Of a stretch of DNA of 64,000 bases, positions 1 to 49,900 are shown piece by piece (the first letter of the stretch is position 1; every line of letters starts with the position of its first letter). The position numbers and the translations under genes are program-made. The stretch comes from Tubiluchus corallicola (taxonomy: Eukaryota; Animalia; Priapulida), in assembly GCA_030141605.1 (NCBI GenBank), contig JAQGDQ010000416.1, positions 1 to 64,000 of the forward strand, read 5' to 3'. The notes under the pieces are model-generated. The model saw only the letters and a list, made by a program, of their open reading frames with translations, was not told the DNA's origin and ran no database searches.

Positions 1-556
<556 letters not shown>

Positions 557-939
557 CAAGCAAACAAATAGAAGTAAGAAAGAAAGGATTAATAAATTTT
601 TCTATGATCGCAAATTTATTTAAATTACTTTTGTAAAACACATGCGATAAGCTGAAAAATAAACATACGCACTTGGCCAACGCTCTCCAAAGTACATGCA
701 GTATAAATTTTTAATCCGCGACAACTCAGCAATTAACCTAAAACCACGTGCATCCGCGTATATCATCATATTGTCAGTTTATTACGCCACTTTTATACGT
801 AAAATAATTAAAACAAAATTGGCGGTTTACAATTACTTCGCCATGGTGAATAGAAAAAAGGAAGATGGAGAGGAAAATTGGGGAAAAGAGGGCAGAGCAG
901 AGAAAACTGAAAGCTAGATTGGTAGAAGACACAGCAAGT

Positions 940-1355
940 GGGCAAGTAAACAGATAGGCGGATAGGTTTGTAAACAGGTAAGCAAGTAGACAGGCAAGTA
1001 GGTAAGTTGGCAGGTAGGTAGGCAGGTAGGTAGGTAGGTAGGTAGGTAGGTAGGTAGGTAGGTAGGTAGGTATGTAGGTATGTATGCATGTATGTAGGTA
1101 GGTAGGTAGGTAGGTAGGTAGGTAGGTAGGTAGGTAGGTAGGTAGGTAGGTAGGTAGGTAGGTAGGTAGGTAGGTAGGTAGGTACGTAGGTAGATAGATA
1201 GGTAGGTAGGTAGGTAGTAGGTAGGTAGGTAGGTAGGTAGGTAGGTAGGTAGGTAAGTAGGTAGTAGGTAGGTAGGTAGGTAGGTAGGTAGGTAGGTAAG
1301 TAGGTAGGCGGTTAGACAGACAGACAAGCAGGTAGGTAAGTGGATAGGTAGGAAG
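940..1355. repeat. (GGTA)n microsatellite with degenerate edges
   Basis: Directly visible. Confidence 0.97.
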
Positions 1356-2218
1356 GAGAAAGCGTAATGATATGAAAATTCAGAAGTAAAGCGAAGCCAA
1401 TTCTCTCTTTCTTCTTTTATTATTGCAAATCTCATGAACATAAGCCTGCATTTTTTGCAACAAGATTAATAGTCTCGGTATTATTGATAAAAAACATGCT
1501 CAGACAAAGTGAAACGCGCGTCTGCCCAGCCTACGTAAATATAAGTGCATGTATCCTATGTAATTGTCTCGTTACCACAAGCCCGCAATATTCGACAACG
1601 ATGCAATCGTGCCCATCGTGAATGAGACGTAACATCCATTGGGAATTGGCAAGCGAAGTTAACATTAATCTTGAGATTGTCTAAATTCACGTATTGTCGA
1701 ACAAATTAGATCTCGGTTGAAATCGTCTGGCTTACCTTTTTCACGCTAAACTGAATGTCCCCGCGATAAAGAACTATTTTTCACGCGGATCGATGTTGGT
1801 CTAAGCTCCTTTTGACTGCGTGCTCCTCAGTCGGTTAATTCCGCAAAAAGAGATTTCTTTTGCATCTGGTCATGACAGTCCTGCGAGCATTATACGTTGC
1901 ACGTGGCTTCTTACATTTTCTACCTAATGCGTAGAGCACGCTGGCTCCTCTGGGGTATTGTAAAGCCATGTATGCATTCAGAACTGCAGCGCATAAAGCC
2001 GCTACATGTGAGAAGCTGCAATAAACCGCTTGGATTATTTTTGTTTTTTGAATCTTATACACACGTTAGTAATGTTAGAGGTAGGGAAAATTTCTTACCG
2101 AATTTGCCATAAAAATTCAACACTGCAGCTGCCTACAGGACGCATTTTTATTATGCAACTCAAAGTACAATGTCTTTAAATCTGTCTAACTGCACTAATT
2201 AACCGCTTTTCCTATTTG

Positions 2219-2784
<566 letters not shown>

Positions 2785-3084
2785 CTTTTAAAGATTTAAA
2801 GATATATGTGCAGTATAGGCTACTTCAGTACATTACATCATTCCAGCAATTAGTGTGATGCTATGTAGCATATATAGCAATATATCCCCAAATCAGGGTG
2901 GGAAAGTGACATATGGAATCTAGCCTTCAGCTGGGATTGCTTGTTAGTCATGTTTGCTATGCTGCTCAGTGCTCAAGCAATGTAAACGTAGCTTTCATAG
3001 TCATCAATTGTCATCATATCACGGCATATCCTGTAAAGATGAAGTTCCTGTATAGATCCATCAGATGAATTTTCTGTATGTTTG

Positions 3085-3218
3085 TTGATGATGACGAGGA
3101 TGATGGTGGTGATGGTGTTGGTTGGTGGCGGTGGCCGTGGCGGTGATGACAGTAGTGGTACCAGTGGCGGCGGTGGTGTTGATGGTGATTACGATGATGA
3201 TGATGATGATGATGATGG
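3085..3218. repeat. (GAT/GGT)n trinucleotide low-complexity tract
   Basis: Directly visible. Confidence 0.9.
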
Positions 3219-4232
3219 CGATTGTGATTACACATATTTGGATAGCAGTGATTTGTCCAATAAGAGCTGCCACATCCGGCGCATATATGTGGAATTTATT
3301 CCGAAAGGAATCTTCAATTAATAATTTAAACTCATAATATAAAACTTTTTCCAAGCATGTGCGTTTCCGCTTTGCAGTATGCGATTTGTTTGCCTATATT
3401 TTATTACACACATGCTGATTTCAAAAAAACCGTTGCAATCAAATTACTGTAAACAAAGTTACAACTGATTTTTCAAAAATCTCGAACTCGCGTTCAATTT
3501 TTAGCAAATCAAACTGTCGCAGCGTATTTATATTTGATACGTTTGCATTAATGTTGTGCCTCCGCTGACAAATTGGTTAATAATTACATTCATAACTAAT
3601 TTATATTCTCTGTTCGCCCGTCGTCAATGTGTTCAATTTCCTTGCACCATGTTATCATGCATTTTCCCATTTCCTGCATAGGGCCTATAGAGTTCAGCAG
3701 CAGCTTCAGGCTACAGTTAGTTATTCAAGGTGTTGCTTTCTTTTATCATAACTCAGTAGACATTCCATCACCAATGTGAACACTCTGTTTCATTTAAACT
3801 CTTTGTAGGAACGGAATCTGTGTACATGTACGTTGTCGTGGGAATAGCTACGTTAGGCTATTATTACTGGTAACATTACTTATGCTTCGACAAACTTGTT
3901 CTAGTCGAAAATTATACCTTTCCATCTAGCGAACATGCTGCGCTTAAGATGGAATTAAGAACAGAGCTCTCACGTCTCACGCAGTCTTAATTATTGCGAA
4001 TAATATATAATTTATTCTTGGACAGAGAATAGTTAACTTAATTCAGTTTACGGAAATTATAGACATCAGCGTTGGCTCCAAATTACGTTCTTAATTAATG
4101 TGCTTTATTAACATCTCTCTTCTCTTACTCTGATCCACCATTGCATCGTAAGCGTTTCGATTTTAACAGATAATCTGGGAACTAATCTCAAGTACTCTGT
4201 TTAACACTTTACTCTTTTTGTTTTTTTAAGTA

Positions 4233-4612
4233 CAGGGTGGTCCAGAAAAACGTTCCTCCATATTAACTCGCAACTTTTCATCCTTGCAGAGGTGTTTGTA
4301 AAATAGGCCAAAATTGGCGGGGAGCCCCGTCTCTCCTCTTTTTCAAAGAAGGTTCCCTCCAAAATGACCATCGAGAGGTTTTCTTCAAGGTGGTCCGGCA
4401 ATAAACAAATAGGGCCATTTTTGGACGTTTTTCACCAACCGTTCCCCGAGGAACACCGTGTAGAAATAAACGTCACTTGGAGGTTGTCTTGGAGGGCTCT
4501 CTAAAAGGAGGAGAAATCATGCTACACGATGATGTGGGTCTCTTTTACAAGTGCCTACACGGGTAACATGTTTATGGCTTAGTTTGGCGGACGTTTTTTT
4601 TGGAAAACCCTG
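4233..4612. mobile_element. Tc1/mariner-type MITE, 380 bp, nearly fully palindromic
   Basis: TA|CAGGGTGGTCCAGAAAAACGTTCCTCCA at left and reverse complement TA|CAGGGTTTTCCAAAAAAAACGTCCGCCA at right. TA duplication at 4231-32 and 4613-14. Internal segments also pair (TTGTAAAA, TCTCCTC, CCCTCCAA). Confidence 0.8.
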
Positions 4613-6169
4613 TATATTTTTTTGATTGAGCGTTTTTAAAATGTTTATCAATCATAATACGTACATGTATTTGAAATTTGTTTGTACGTATTGCATATAG
4701 CTAATTTAGCCAATCCTAGGCGCTTGGCAATTTACATACAATCCTTGTGTTGAACAGCGCTGAAAGAAGTTCCTGGAAAGGCTTGTAAACTTCACATGTT
4801 ATTTTTAATAAATAAAAATGTCGTTCAATCATACGAGGACAAGATTTTGCTTGACGCTTTTGTCTAAAAATTGCCATAATTTTTCTTGAGAGCACTGCAA
4901 AGATCTGAGCACAGAGTTGAAGCAAGTCTTCTCGCCACAAACTTGAAAATTTATTGCTCATAACATCATGCAATAATAACATCAATATGTGTAGATACAA
5001 AGTGCATAAGGAACTGTTAAAATGTTTGTGCTAAGCCTACACCTCAGGCTAAATGAACATCGTGTCACAGGGACTGACAGTCTCACTTCTCGACTGTGTT
5101 AAGACGTATTTCACCGTGGCAAATGTCAGAGGGCCATGACTACTCTGCCACCCTCATTAGTTGAAGTGAGAATGGTAACTTAGTCGCAGCAGTAACAACC
5201 TATCATTTATTTTATTAGCTAACTCTCGATTGTCCAACATCGTTCAGTTACAAGAAGAGGCAATTTCAAGTAAACAGGCTTACCACCTTAATCACAGGCT
5301 TTAATGAAAGAAACAACTTTAACGTTACGCGAAAAATGTGTTCTGCAATGGACATGATTATAGGGCAGAAGTAGGTTATTAACACGTATTATTCCTTTGG
5401 GTATATCCTATTTATGCCACTCTGCAATGTTAACCGTAATAAATACGAATACTGGAACCAATAAGTACAGGTAAGAATTATTATTATTACGGCTTGCCTT
5501 ACATATACAAACAGGTTCAATTCCCATAAAAATACTGTTTAAAATTAAATTACGTTTCTATGAAATTGGCGATTATATGCGGACTTATGTGGTAGGCCTG
5601 CCTATCTGCGTTGAAAAGAGAGTTTCTTTCGACTAGTTGTATACATGTCCCTAACAATCTCGTCCAAAGCTCCTCATAAATTCAAGTAAGAAAAAAATCA
5701 TTACCTAGTTGTAGGCTAAATTTGTAGATTTTTGTTTCTCATCACTAAGTAGTTGAGAAACTAGAAACTAGTTTCTAATCAAGCTACTCTGAACTGCCAC
5801 TTCTTTGAGATTCTGACAAATGACAATCTTAGTTTTCTGTTCAAACATTTACTGTATAATTTTCCCATTGCTTAGAAAAATGAGCAGTTGGGCAATGACA
5901 ATACTCAAATTACAGTAACTTATACAATTCCTGCTCCCGAAACAATCCAAAAATAGATCAATTTCACCATTTTGAAGCAGAATTTTCAGAGACGTTCTGA
6001 GAAAAAACTATCCCACAGCACTGCCTCCCCTTTAAAAACTCTGGTCAAAGGTCATCATCTAAACGAATTTCGATGCCTCTACTCTATTCAAAAATGCATT
6101 TTAAGAATTTTAGTGCTGCGAATAACATTTACAACCTCGAACAAACATCACATAAAATACAAATGACAT

Positions 6170-8130
6170 TTTTTCCGCAAAATATGTTATTTATTTGGCT
6201 GTACAACAAAAAATGCAAATGATATTTCATAATGCAGAAATATATCTCAGTGTTACAACAATACATAGGTCAAGTAGCTAGAACATTTTACAATAAATCC
6301 GTATTTACACTATGATCTAGAACAATGAAATGAAATGTCTATTACATAAATATAAAGGCTCTAATTACCATGTTTCAAACAGTGCAAGCCAATGAAACTC
6401 TAACTGGTTAAGTTGCAATATCTATGCATGTAATAACTGAAGTTTAGCATGATCACGAGTTCTACTGCTTCCTAGATACTTTTGCAATAGCTTTGTAAAA
6501 CGAAAGTATTTGTATTAAATTAAAAACTACAAAAATGGTAGTACTGATACCTATGGTACAACTTTCCTATAAAAATGAATAATCAGAAATTATAGCCAAT
6601 GTCGCTTATATTTACAATTCAAACATTTTCTATAAGCAGAGCTTTATAAATGCTTTACAATTATCTTCAACTTGGGGAATAAAAGAAATAACGCTCCCCT
6701 CATACCAAAGTTTACTAACCTTGTTTCACTTGTCCAAAAATATTGTTTAAATGCTTAATTAGACATAGAAACAGTTTTCAAATGTTTGGAAAATAAAAAC
6801 AAAGAAATCAATTCACTTGCATTGTGTACTACGACGAGCACAAATGTTTACTATGATTGGTTTTGTAAAAATATTATAAATACATATTCGCTAGGACTTA
6901 TAGTATGCAAAAGTCAGACCTAAAACCTAACAAGTTTCTATGAAACGTGACTCATACATATCTGAGACTGAAGATGGCAAAAAACAACCTCAATCAAACT
7001 TGGCTCACGTAACGAGCAAATAAAATAATAAAAACACAGTATTAATAGAGATTTACTGTGGTAATACCTATATTGTGCCTATATATTACATAATATGTAA
7101 ACAAAGAAAAAAGATAAATAAAACTGTGCAGTCTACACGAAACTAAAGCAAAATTAGAGGCAAAGCTTAGACAGTGCTAAATTCACAATGTACGCCTACC
7201 TATTTCTTCACTTAGACTTACTGGTAACAACAACCTTATAATTTGCTGCTTCACGTTTCAAAATGAAAATATGATAAGGAAATTAAGACAAGAAAATATT
7301 ATTTAAGAATTAATCACCAGTCAAACATGATTTCACTACCATATATTTAACACTTCTATAACATCTAATACTTGTTAGAAACGTAACTATAACAACATTT
7401 GTATTTACAACTAGATGCTGCTCGCAATAGCAGGGGTATAACAAAGATGAACTAACAACGACCATACTCAAACTCGACTAGGGAAACTTTGATACAAAGT
7501 TCAAATATTTGAGCAATTTGTTCTGGATTATATAGGATAGTAAAATTTTAATGAACTTGGAAAGTTTACAGTTGCTTCTCTCCATGATAACGTGGTTTGT
7601 GTCACCTTGAGTTAAAGCCAATTCACACTCAAATCCCAGTGTGAAGGCACTAAATAAATTATGTAGCTCAAGGAAATTCTACTGACCAGAAGTGAGAATA
7701 TGTAACCAAATACCATACTGATAAACAACTGTACAACATTTCAGTATCTGAAAAATAAGGAGAAAAGACTAAACAAGGACGAAAGTTTTTACAATCTGAG
7801 TGCAACAAAGGCAACATGATAATCATTCTGTGATGTCAAAGTACCTTTCAAATAAGAAAACAACAAAAAAGCACATCTAAGGCTGCATGCCCACAAACAA
7901 TTTAAGAAATCACAAACAGTAACACATAAAACACAACAACAAGACAACAAATGTACCAAAAAATGAGCATTTGACATTTCTACAAGCAAATGAATTTGAC
8001 ACGAAACACGTAGCTCTTTTGGCGCTTCCTTTTTGCTTCTCTTATACCACTCACGATTGACAAAATTAACAAAAAACTAAATGACAAAAATCATGTTCTT
8101 TGGTTAAATTTGATACACGACTTCTTGATA
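6170..8130 (-). other. Predicted ~1.95-kb 3' UTR of HS3ST
   Basis: U-rich on the minus strand. The first AATAAA I found after the stop is at 6195-6190, followed by a GU-rich downstream element (TGTATTTTATGTGATGTTTGT). Confidence 0.55.
6190..6195 (-). terminator. Polyadenylation signal AATAAA
   Basis: Plus-strand TTTATT with a GU/U-rich element about 30-50 nt downstream on the minus strand. Confidence 0.55.
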
Positions 8131-42844
<34,714 letters not shown>

Positions 42845-42859
42845 TCCACGCAACAAGCA

Positions 42860-42983
42860 GACTGATATTGAAAACACGCGAGTGCTGAGCAGCGAGAATC
42901 AGGCGCATTGCAACTGAACGCTGATTGGTTAGCTGGAGCAAAATGCATGCTAGGGGCGCCGCTGGTCCAGGTACATGACGTAC
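42860..42983 (-). promoter_or_regulatory. Candidate TATA-less core promoter of HS3ST
   Basis: On the minus strand: NF-Y-type AACCAATCAG (42930-42921), TCAGTC initiator (42865-42860, A+1 near 42863) about 60 bp downstream, CRE-like TGACGT (42976-42981) and a local GC/CpG-rich patch. Confidence 0.5.
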
Positions 42984-45572
42984 ATCAAAGGCGGAATTTT
43001 GGATGTCATCACAATTTTTGCAATTATCTTTTTGAAACATTGTTTTCTGTTTAAAACATGTCGTGCTTGCCGGAGTTGAAACAAATGTGAAGGACAGCCA
43101 AGTCTGAGATAAAGCATTAATAATTAAAACCACTGCTTAAATACAAAACATGGGTAAATGTCGAGAGTCTAGTGAGGTTGAGGGTAAATAACAGTAAGGC
43201 TCAAAATCTGTACCTACACACAATTTGTGATAAATTTTAACTCACACTGGCTTGCGTAACTTAAGCGACGTCAAACGTTATTTTTGTCATAAAATCTGCC
43301 AAAATTAAAAAACATCCAACAGTTTTGTCTGTTTCACCTGTTATGGCGTAGTTTGACAATAAGATTGCAACTTCATCTAATAAAACAGAATGGTGTTTAG
43401 ATTTCATAGAGTGCTCATGAAACCAAAGTGTGTTCAAATCTTGTACGCTAGCTCGTGTGGCAAAATAGGTTATTGATCTTGTTTGCATAAATGCTTACTA
43501 ATGTTATACTGCATCGTCCATACTCATGCATGCTATTACAGTTGCATCCACTTGTACTGTCTATGCAAATAGCATCGCGATTTGTATTATTCATTAGCCT
43601 TTTCATTATCGTGTCCTGATTTTTCGTTGCTCGCACATCTAAAGAACATCGTGAAACCTTAAAGGAAATCACATGCCCACCTTAAAAATAATATTAAAGC
43701 ATTTTGAAAGCATTAGTTTTGAAAGAGAACAAATGCAAAGAAAGTTGGGTTTTTGGTTAAAGCCTACGTGGCGTTTTGTTTAGTTTGCTTCAAAATTTTG
43801 CACAAAGGCGGCAGCATTAGGAATAAAGCTCGAAACAAAAACAAAAGAACTTGCATAATTAAGCCAGTCTATTAACATAAGCCAGGTATTCATTTTATAA
43901 TTAGGGCTTTGTACATAACGACAACCAACCTACTGCTTGAATGAACGTATTGTTTTTCACCTGGACGTTACTGGCGATACCCTGAACAAGTATTTATATC
44001 GCACACTGATGAGCTGTGGGCCTGTAATTACGCCCGGGACAGCATGGTAATTTGTACAGCTATTCTGGGAAAGGTATGGAAAATTAGTCCCGTTCGTTAC
44101 GCAACAAAAATTATCCTGTCCAGATAACGTTCACCTGTGGTTGTAGCGGACTGAACACAGGCTGTACAATCAAACAATGAAAAATTCTCAGGTTTATTGA
44201 GCTTGAAGTGTCAAGACGCTAAGCTGCAAAATACTAGTCGCTAAGATAACAAAACGTTATGCAAAAATGTGCAAACTCGCCAAAAACATTTATAACTAAT
44301 TTACCTCACATTTATTTCAACTGACTATGGCTACAAAGCAAGTTAGTGATCAGCCCAATGAGTGATATGGAAAAATATGGGACAGTTCATTTGAACTTTA
44401 AATGTTAAAAACTTAGAATAAGTGCAGCAAAGTTTACCCAGACGCTACAAAAGCAGTATAATGTTCACATTGGAAGCCTATAAAAACTGATAATTTGTTT
44501 TGTCGCTTACAGAATTTCAAAAACTGTGCTGCTGTTAATTGATTAAACCATAGTGGCATTACGCAGTCGTTAGCCTAGCAACATCTAATGATCCTTTGAC
44601 AAACACTCACCAACACTTGACTTGAGAGTAGTCAAAACTTAATCTCACTCTTCCATTCAGCCCCGGGCATCTGACGTCTCCCCAGCCACTTGGGATCTCG
44701 GACACACAATCACGGCTTTGTGGAATGAATGAAACTATTGCGAACTTAACTGTAAACACTGTCTGGACGGGACCAGGGTGATACAAGTGGAGGATTTGAT
44801 TTGCTCTAATATGTTTGACATATTTGCCGTTACGTTTATTAATTTATTTTTGATTTATTTATTGCTATCAAATACTTATTTACGGACATAAGTAAAAAGT
44901 ACAAGTCTTGCAAAAAACAGGTTATATTAATGCTCGAATATTCTATTCATTATAGGTCTATGCACTACGTACATTAGTAAGATGAAGCAGAAATTGGATT
45001 ATTAATAAATAATAAAAGCATTGCTATATGGCGTGCCATGAAACAAAATCAAACATGCCAACATTTTTTTACAAGTTTGTTCGTTTGTTGGTTAAAAGAC
45101 ATCAAACGGTACTACAAATTCTACCATAATTCCGGTCTTCTTTTCAAAATTCTAAAAAGCGAAAAGGATTTAGTTTGTTAGCATTGTACTCCTAATTATT
45201 CCGTAATAAAGGATCAGGGGTTGCAGTAAAGTGTTTTTCTCATGTCAGTTCTTATTCTCGGAACATGATAATCGTTAAGCCGTGTAGTTTTACTTATAAA
45301 TTTTCCAAATCTACATGCACTTTCGAAATACATACAGTAGCTTATTTAACAGCAGCATATTTTATCAGAATTCGGAAATACACGTATTTTAACAGTTTGA
45401 ACTAAAATGGCAGATTGGTGGAAATTTGAGTAAAATATTCTTAACGATAGCTTCGTTATCACTCAACTTATTTAGCAGCTAATTGAGAATTTGAGTAATT
45501 TGCTTACATGTCTTTAATTTTAAAACTACACAAACCACAAATCGTCGAAAAGATGAAAATACGTCAAAATGA

Positions 45573-45576
<4 letters not shown>

Positions 45577-45625
<49 letters not shown>

Positions 45626-45633
45626 GTATATAT
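45577..45633. repeat. (TA)n/(TATG)n microsatellite
   Basis: Directly visible. Confidence 0.93.
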
Positions 45634-46865
45634 ATTATATTAAATTAATTCTTTATTTGTCATTAAAAAATGGTCCACTCATTATATAAAATTGAGTAAG
45701 ATCAAAAATAATTAAAGTCAAAGATGCTGTGGATCAAATTTTTCACATGTTTCTATAGTTTCCAGCTGCACACAAATTCAGAAAATTGTTTAGTTTTCGA
45801 CAACCATAGAATGAATAAAATGAAAAATATATTTCATTCAAAGTTTTTAGAATTCCACGTAGATTTAAATACTGTACTTCATTTCAATTACGTAATTATA
45901 AAACGCTACAATATTCATAAAATCAAAAGGCCACAGTTCTTACGGAATGTAGAGACATCTTTTTCGCTCTAGAGAATTGGGAGAGAACATATAATACTAA
46001 TCATATCAATTTTATATTTTAAACACTAAACAGGGTAACGTTGCTTGACAGACATGGCTTTGTTGGATGATAAAAACACTGTAACGTTGTAATTCGTATC
46101 CAAATTGTCGCCTATTCAACTGCCTTGCAGATTTTGGGCTGTTTGTTGTAATAAAACTTGAACTGGCCGATCTAGAAAACATATAATTTGCAAAAATACT
46201 CTGTTTATGCTGTGAGTGGAATTCTGATTTATGAAGCACTAATGCGAAATGAAACATCAGGTAGAAGTGATGTCATGTCATCATGTAGATGGGATTAGCT
46301 TACACTGCTCCTAATCAATAATGGTTTTCGAGTAGTGACATAATACACCCCACTGTCATTTGCATGCTGGAAATTCCCAGAGCTACGGTCTAGAGACAAT
46401 TCTATGGGTCGCTGATATCTCTATTAATAGCATAAGCTCTTCAAGAATTTTAATATTTTTTAAGACTCATATGTAACGATAGGCCAACAACATGCGTATT
46501 TAAAACATGTCGTGAATACAACAAAAATGCAGTTCATACTGGTATCTGATTATAACGTGATATATACTTAATGAGAAATGCGTCATCATTGTGCCAGTCC
46601 ACAGTGAAGGAAACAAGGGAAAAAGTTCAGAAGGAAAAAATATTTTAATATTTCGATATCAGTAACGGAAGTTATGGCAACGATTTACTGACATCAAACT
46701 TCAATGGAGTCCCAAGCAATAGTAATAACAATAATCATGTTGCCATTATTATGAATTATAATACGAATCTAACTGTTGATTTAGTCATTTGTAACATCGC
46801 TATTTATCAAGTTGTCAATTTATTCTAACCTCAATCACTCGCTCTCGTCTCCTCTATCTCTTATC

Positions 46866-46866
46866 T

Positions 46867-46934
<68 letters not shown>

Positions 46935-46977
46935 CCGCTCTCTCTCTCTCTCTCTCTCCCGCTCTCTCATTCTCTCT
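46866..46977. repeat. (CT)n microsatellite
   Basis: Directly visible. Confidence 0.93.
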
Positions 46978-49900
46978 GCCAGCATCACCAGCCCGCATCA
47001 TCTGCTCATAAAAGTAACTTCGTTGCCTTGCCCTGCATCATTAGCAGTTTGCGGTCAGTTACTAATTTTTGATGACGTGTGACTGTCATTGCGAGTCGCT
47101 CGCAGGTCATTAGTATTGTCTGTTGCTAAAGAGTCTGAACAGTGCTATATGCCCTGAACTGGTCTACTAGAAATTTGTCACGTATTGCTGTTAGATGATG
47201 AGAAACGGTTTCCTCCGGATGAGATGTATAATCTTTCAAATATTAACAGTACGTCTGGTGACCTGTCGCAACAGACGAATGAATAGAGTCCGGTGAATTG
47301 AAAAAAAGTAAACATTTGAATTGTTATTATTAATAACTACTAATTAACAACATTATGATAGTTGCAAAGTAATATATATATATTTTACATAATAGCGCGG
47401 TGAAAAATGACGAAAAAACATCTGTCTCGCGATAATGCTTAAAATGCAGGACCCTCTATTAAAGTATTATATGCAACCATTACTTATAACGTTGCGCATT
47501 TCTATCACTATGTGGCACCACGGGCTTTCGACTAGTTACTATAGCATAGCGTTTGCACTGGTAGAATTTATTTTATTTATTTATTTTTATTTTATTTTAT
47601 TCACACCCAACAGTAAAATACAGTCTATAATAAAAACAATATACATAAAACACATTGTCAAAAAACATACAAATACAATATTTACAAGAGTGTGGTAAAG
47701 GCACGAAGAACAACGAATTTATGCGAGTTAACTTGATATAAGAAGGTTTTAAATTAACTTAATATTTTGTGCGGTTAAAAATATTATCTAATTAATGAGG
47801 GCTGAAATAAATGTAACAGATCGAGTACATGAAAACTTGAATCGTTTATCAAAGGTTCTCGTCTAAGTAACTAGTAATGTCATTGAGCATGGGACATAAT
47901 CGTATTTCATCAATAAGTCTTTGTAGTCATACACCCAATTATTCACCCTGACATGACACACGATACACTAGATTACATGGCAGAGATTTCATTTTGCACA
48001 TGATACGTTGTCTGGTGAACTGAAGTGACACTCATTGGCGGATTATTGCTGAGATTGAGATGCAACATAGACAGTGGTCAATACTGGCAATAAATAATAA
48101 TTTGGAATATGGCTTCTTTAGTAAAACACTAGAAAACAGAATTCTTGTATAAAGCTAAAAAATCGTTTTGGAAATTTGTATTACTCACATGCTGTCTTAC
48201 TGCGCACAGAATTTGTATTAGCAGCATTGCTGTATAAAGCATGAACGTTAAAATTTTGGCGATGACTGTTAAGCTCAGTCATTTTAATGCTATGTAGTTT
48301 GAAAAAAAGTTTAGCTAACAGTATTTAAATTTCGAAAAAATAATCAGAGAATTCGTAGTGCATACTTCAAGAACTAAACAAGTGTACAAATTACCTTATA
48401 TTATCAATAAGATTAGTATTGGTCATATTTTGGTGAGTTTTTGTGCACACTGAGATAGTAAAACAGAGACGTTTTACCAGTTAATTTTTAATTATTAAGA
48501 ATTTTCTTTTGCAATTACGTAAGTATTCAAACAGTAAGCTAAATAATGCCAAGTAACGTAACTTTGTGTGGAAAATTATTCGTGACATACTTTAAAATTG
48601 TCCCTTTCCCCGTTAAGCTTTAAAATAGTTGCATTGTAACTGCAGTGTTAATGTTTACATGCAGGAGTAAAGCAATTTGATGGCTTTTGTTTAAATTTCA
48701 AATCCCTTGAAGTTTAGTGACTAAAATGTGGCATGTTCTTGACATGCACTCATACGAATTTTGTTGCTTATTTTATAGTTGGACGACTATAATTGCCATT
48801 GTGTCAGTGGCATTTGTGAGAACAGCGAACTCGCAATAATAATTTTGTAAGTGACTGAGGCAACTTTTCGGTTAATAACTAATAATTAGTTGTCATTTAT
48901 TAAAAATGGATATTGATTACCTTGAAAATTGTACGATTGTCTCTCTGTTATGAGGTCTGTCTAGAAATATAACTAAGTTTTATGGACTTATGGCAGCAAA
49001 GCACTGCGTTAAAATACGTTTAGTTTTATTTTAGCATTGCTATACCACGTGAAGTACGTTCACTTCATTTATCAAGTACCCTCGCGTGAAAGCGTGCATA
49101 CTTGAGTGCTATAAAACGTTGTTAGCCTAGCGTCTTCACCACACGGGCTTAATTTTGGTTTATGGAGATGCCGTCTCCTAAATTCCGACTTGTGGTTTGA
49201 AGGTGTATGCATAAATGTATGAGTTAGGCGACCGGGAGAGCAATTTAATTACCGTGATGGATGTACGTAATGCTAATCTAGTTTCATTTCGTTTTAGCAC
49301 ATCTGTTTTCTGCCATGCATGTATGTACGTTGTAACCGAGTCTTGAAGCCCAGGCCCCCGGGTCGAACGCGCATGTATATGAACTCCCAAGTAGATTTGC
49401 TTCGTTGTTATTAATTGCTTGCTAATGCTACTTCGCCTTGGGACATTTTAAAGCCTCCTACATTTGACAGCTTAGTGAATGCCCTGATGTTGAATTTTTT
49501 CTTGTTCATTATACGAGATTAGAGCACCAAATGGCACATTGAGGTTCTTTTGTATGAAATCACCAGTATCGTGTTTATTTCAAGAATTTTTGGCAGTCGT
49601 CACTGATATTGTCATTTGACTACTATAAAACAAAAAAAACATGATTAGAAGCACCAAATAGCATCAAGTTACATAACTGTCGATTATAAACCTGTGTACG
49701 GTAAGAATATCTAGCAAATGAATATGAAGAAGCACTAGTTAATAAGAGGAAAAATGTGAGTTGTTCTTATCTTGTAAAAACAAGTTAATTTCCCAGAGCC
49801 AGATCACGCTAACACATATTTTGCACAAAAACAAAAGCCAGCTAAAATGGATTTGTAGTCTACTTGCAAATTTAATTTGAATTGTGCATAACTGAATAGT

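Noticed and set aside
5762-5777. Perfect 16-bp palindrome TAGAAACTAGTTTCTA
   Set aside because: About one such palindrome is expected by chance in 64 kb of AT-rich DNA.
6042-6054. Nuclear-receptor DR1 element TGGTCAAAGGTCA
   Set aside because: Single isolated motif with no supporting context. This string is also common in invertebrate repeats.
49340-49375. B-box-like GTTCGACCC on the minus strand (possible SINE)
   Set aside because: No A-box, recognisable body or tail.
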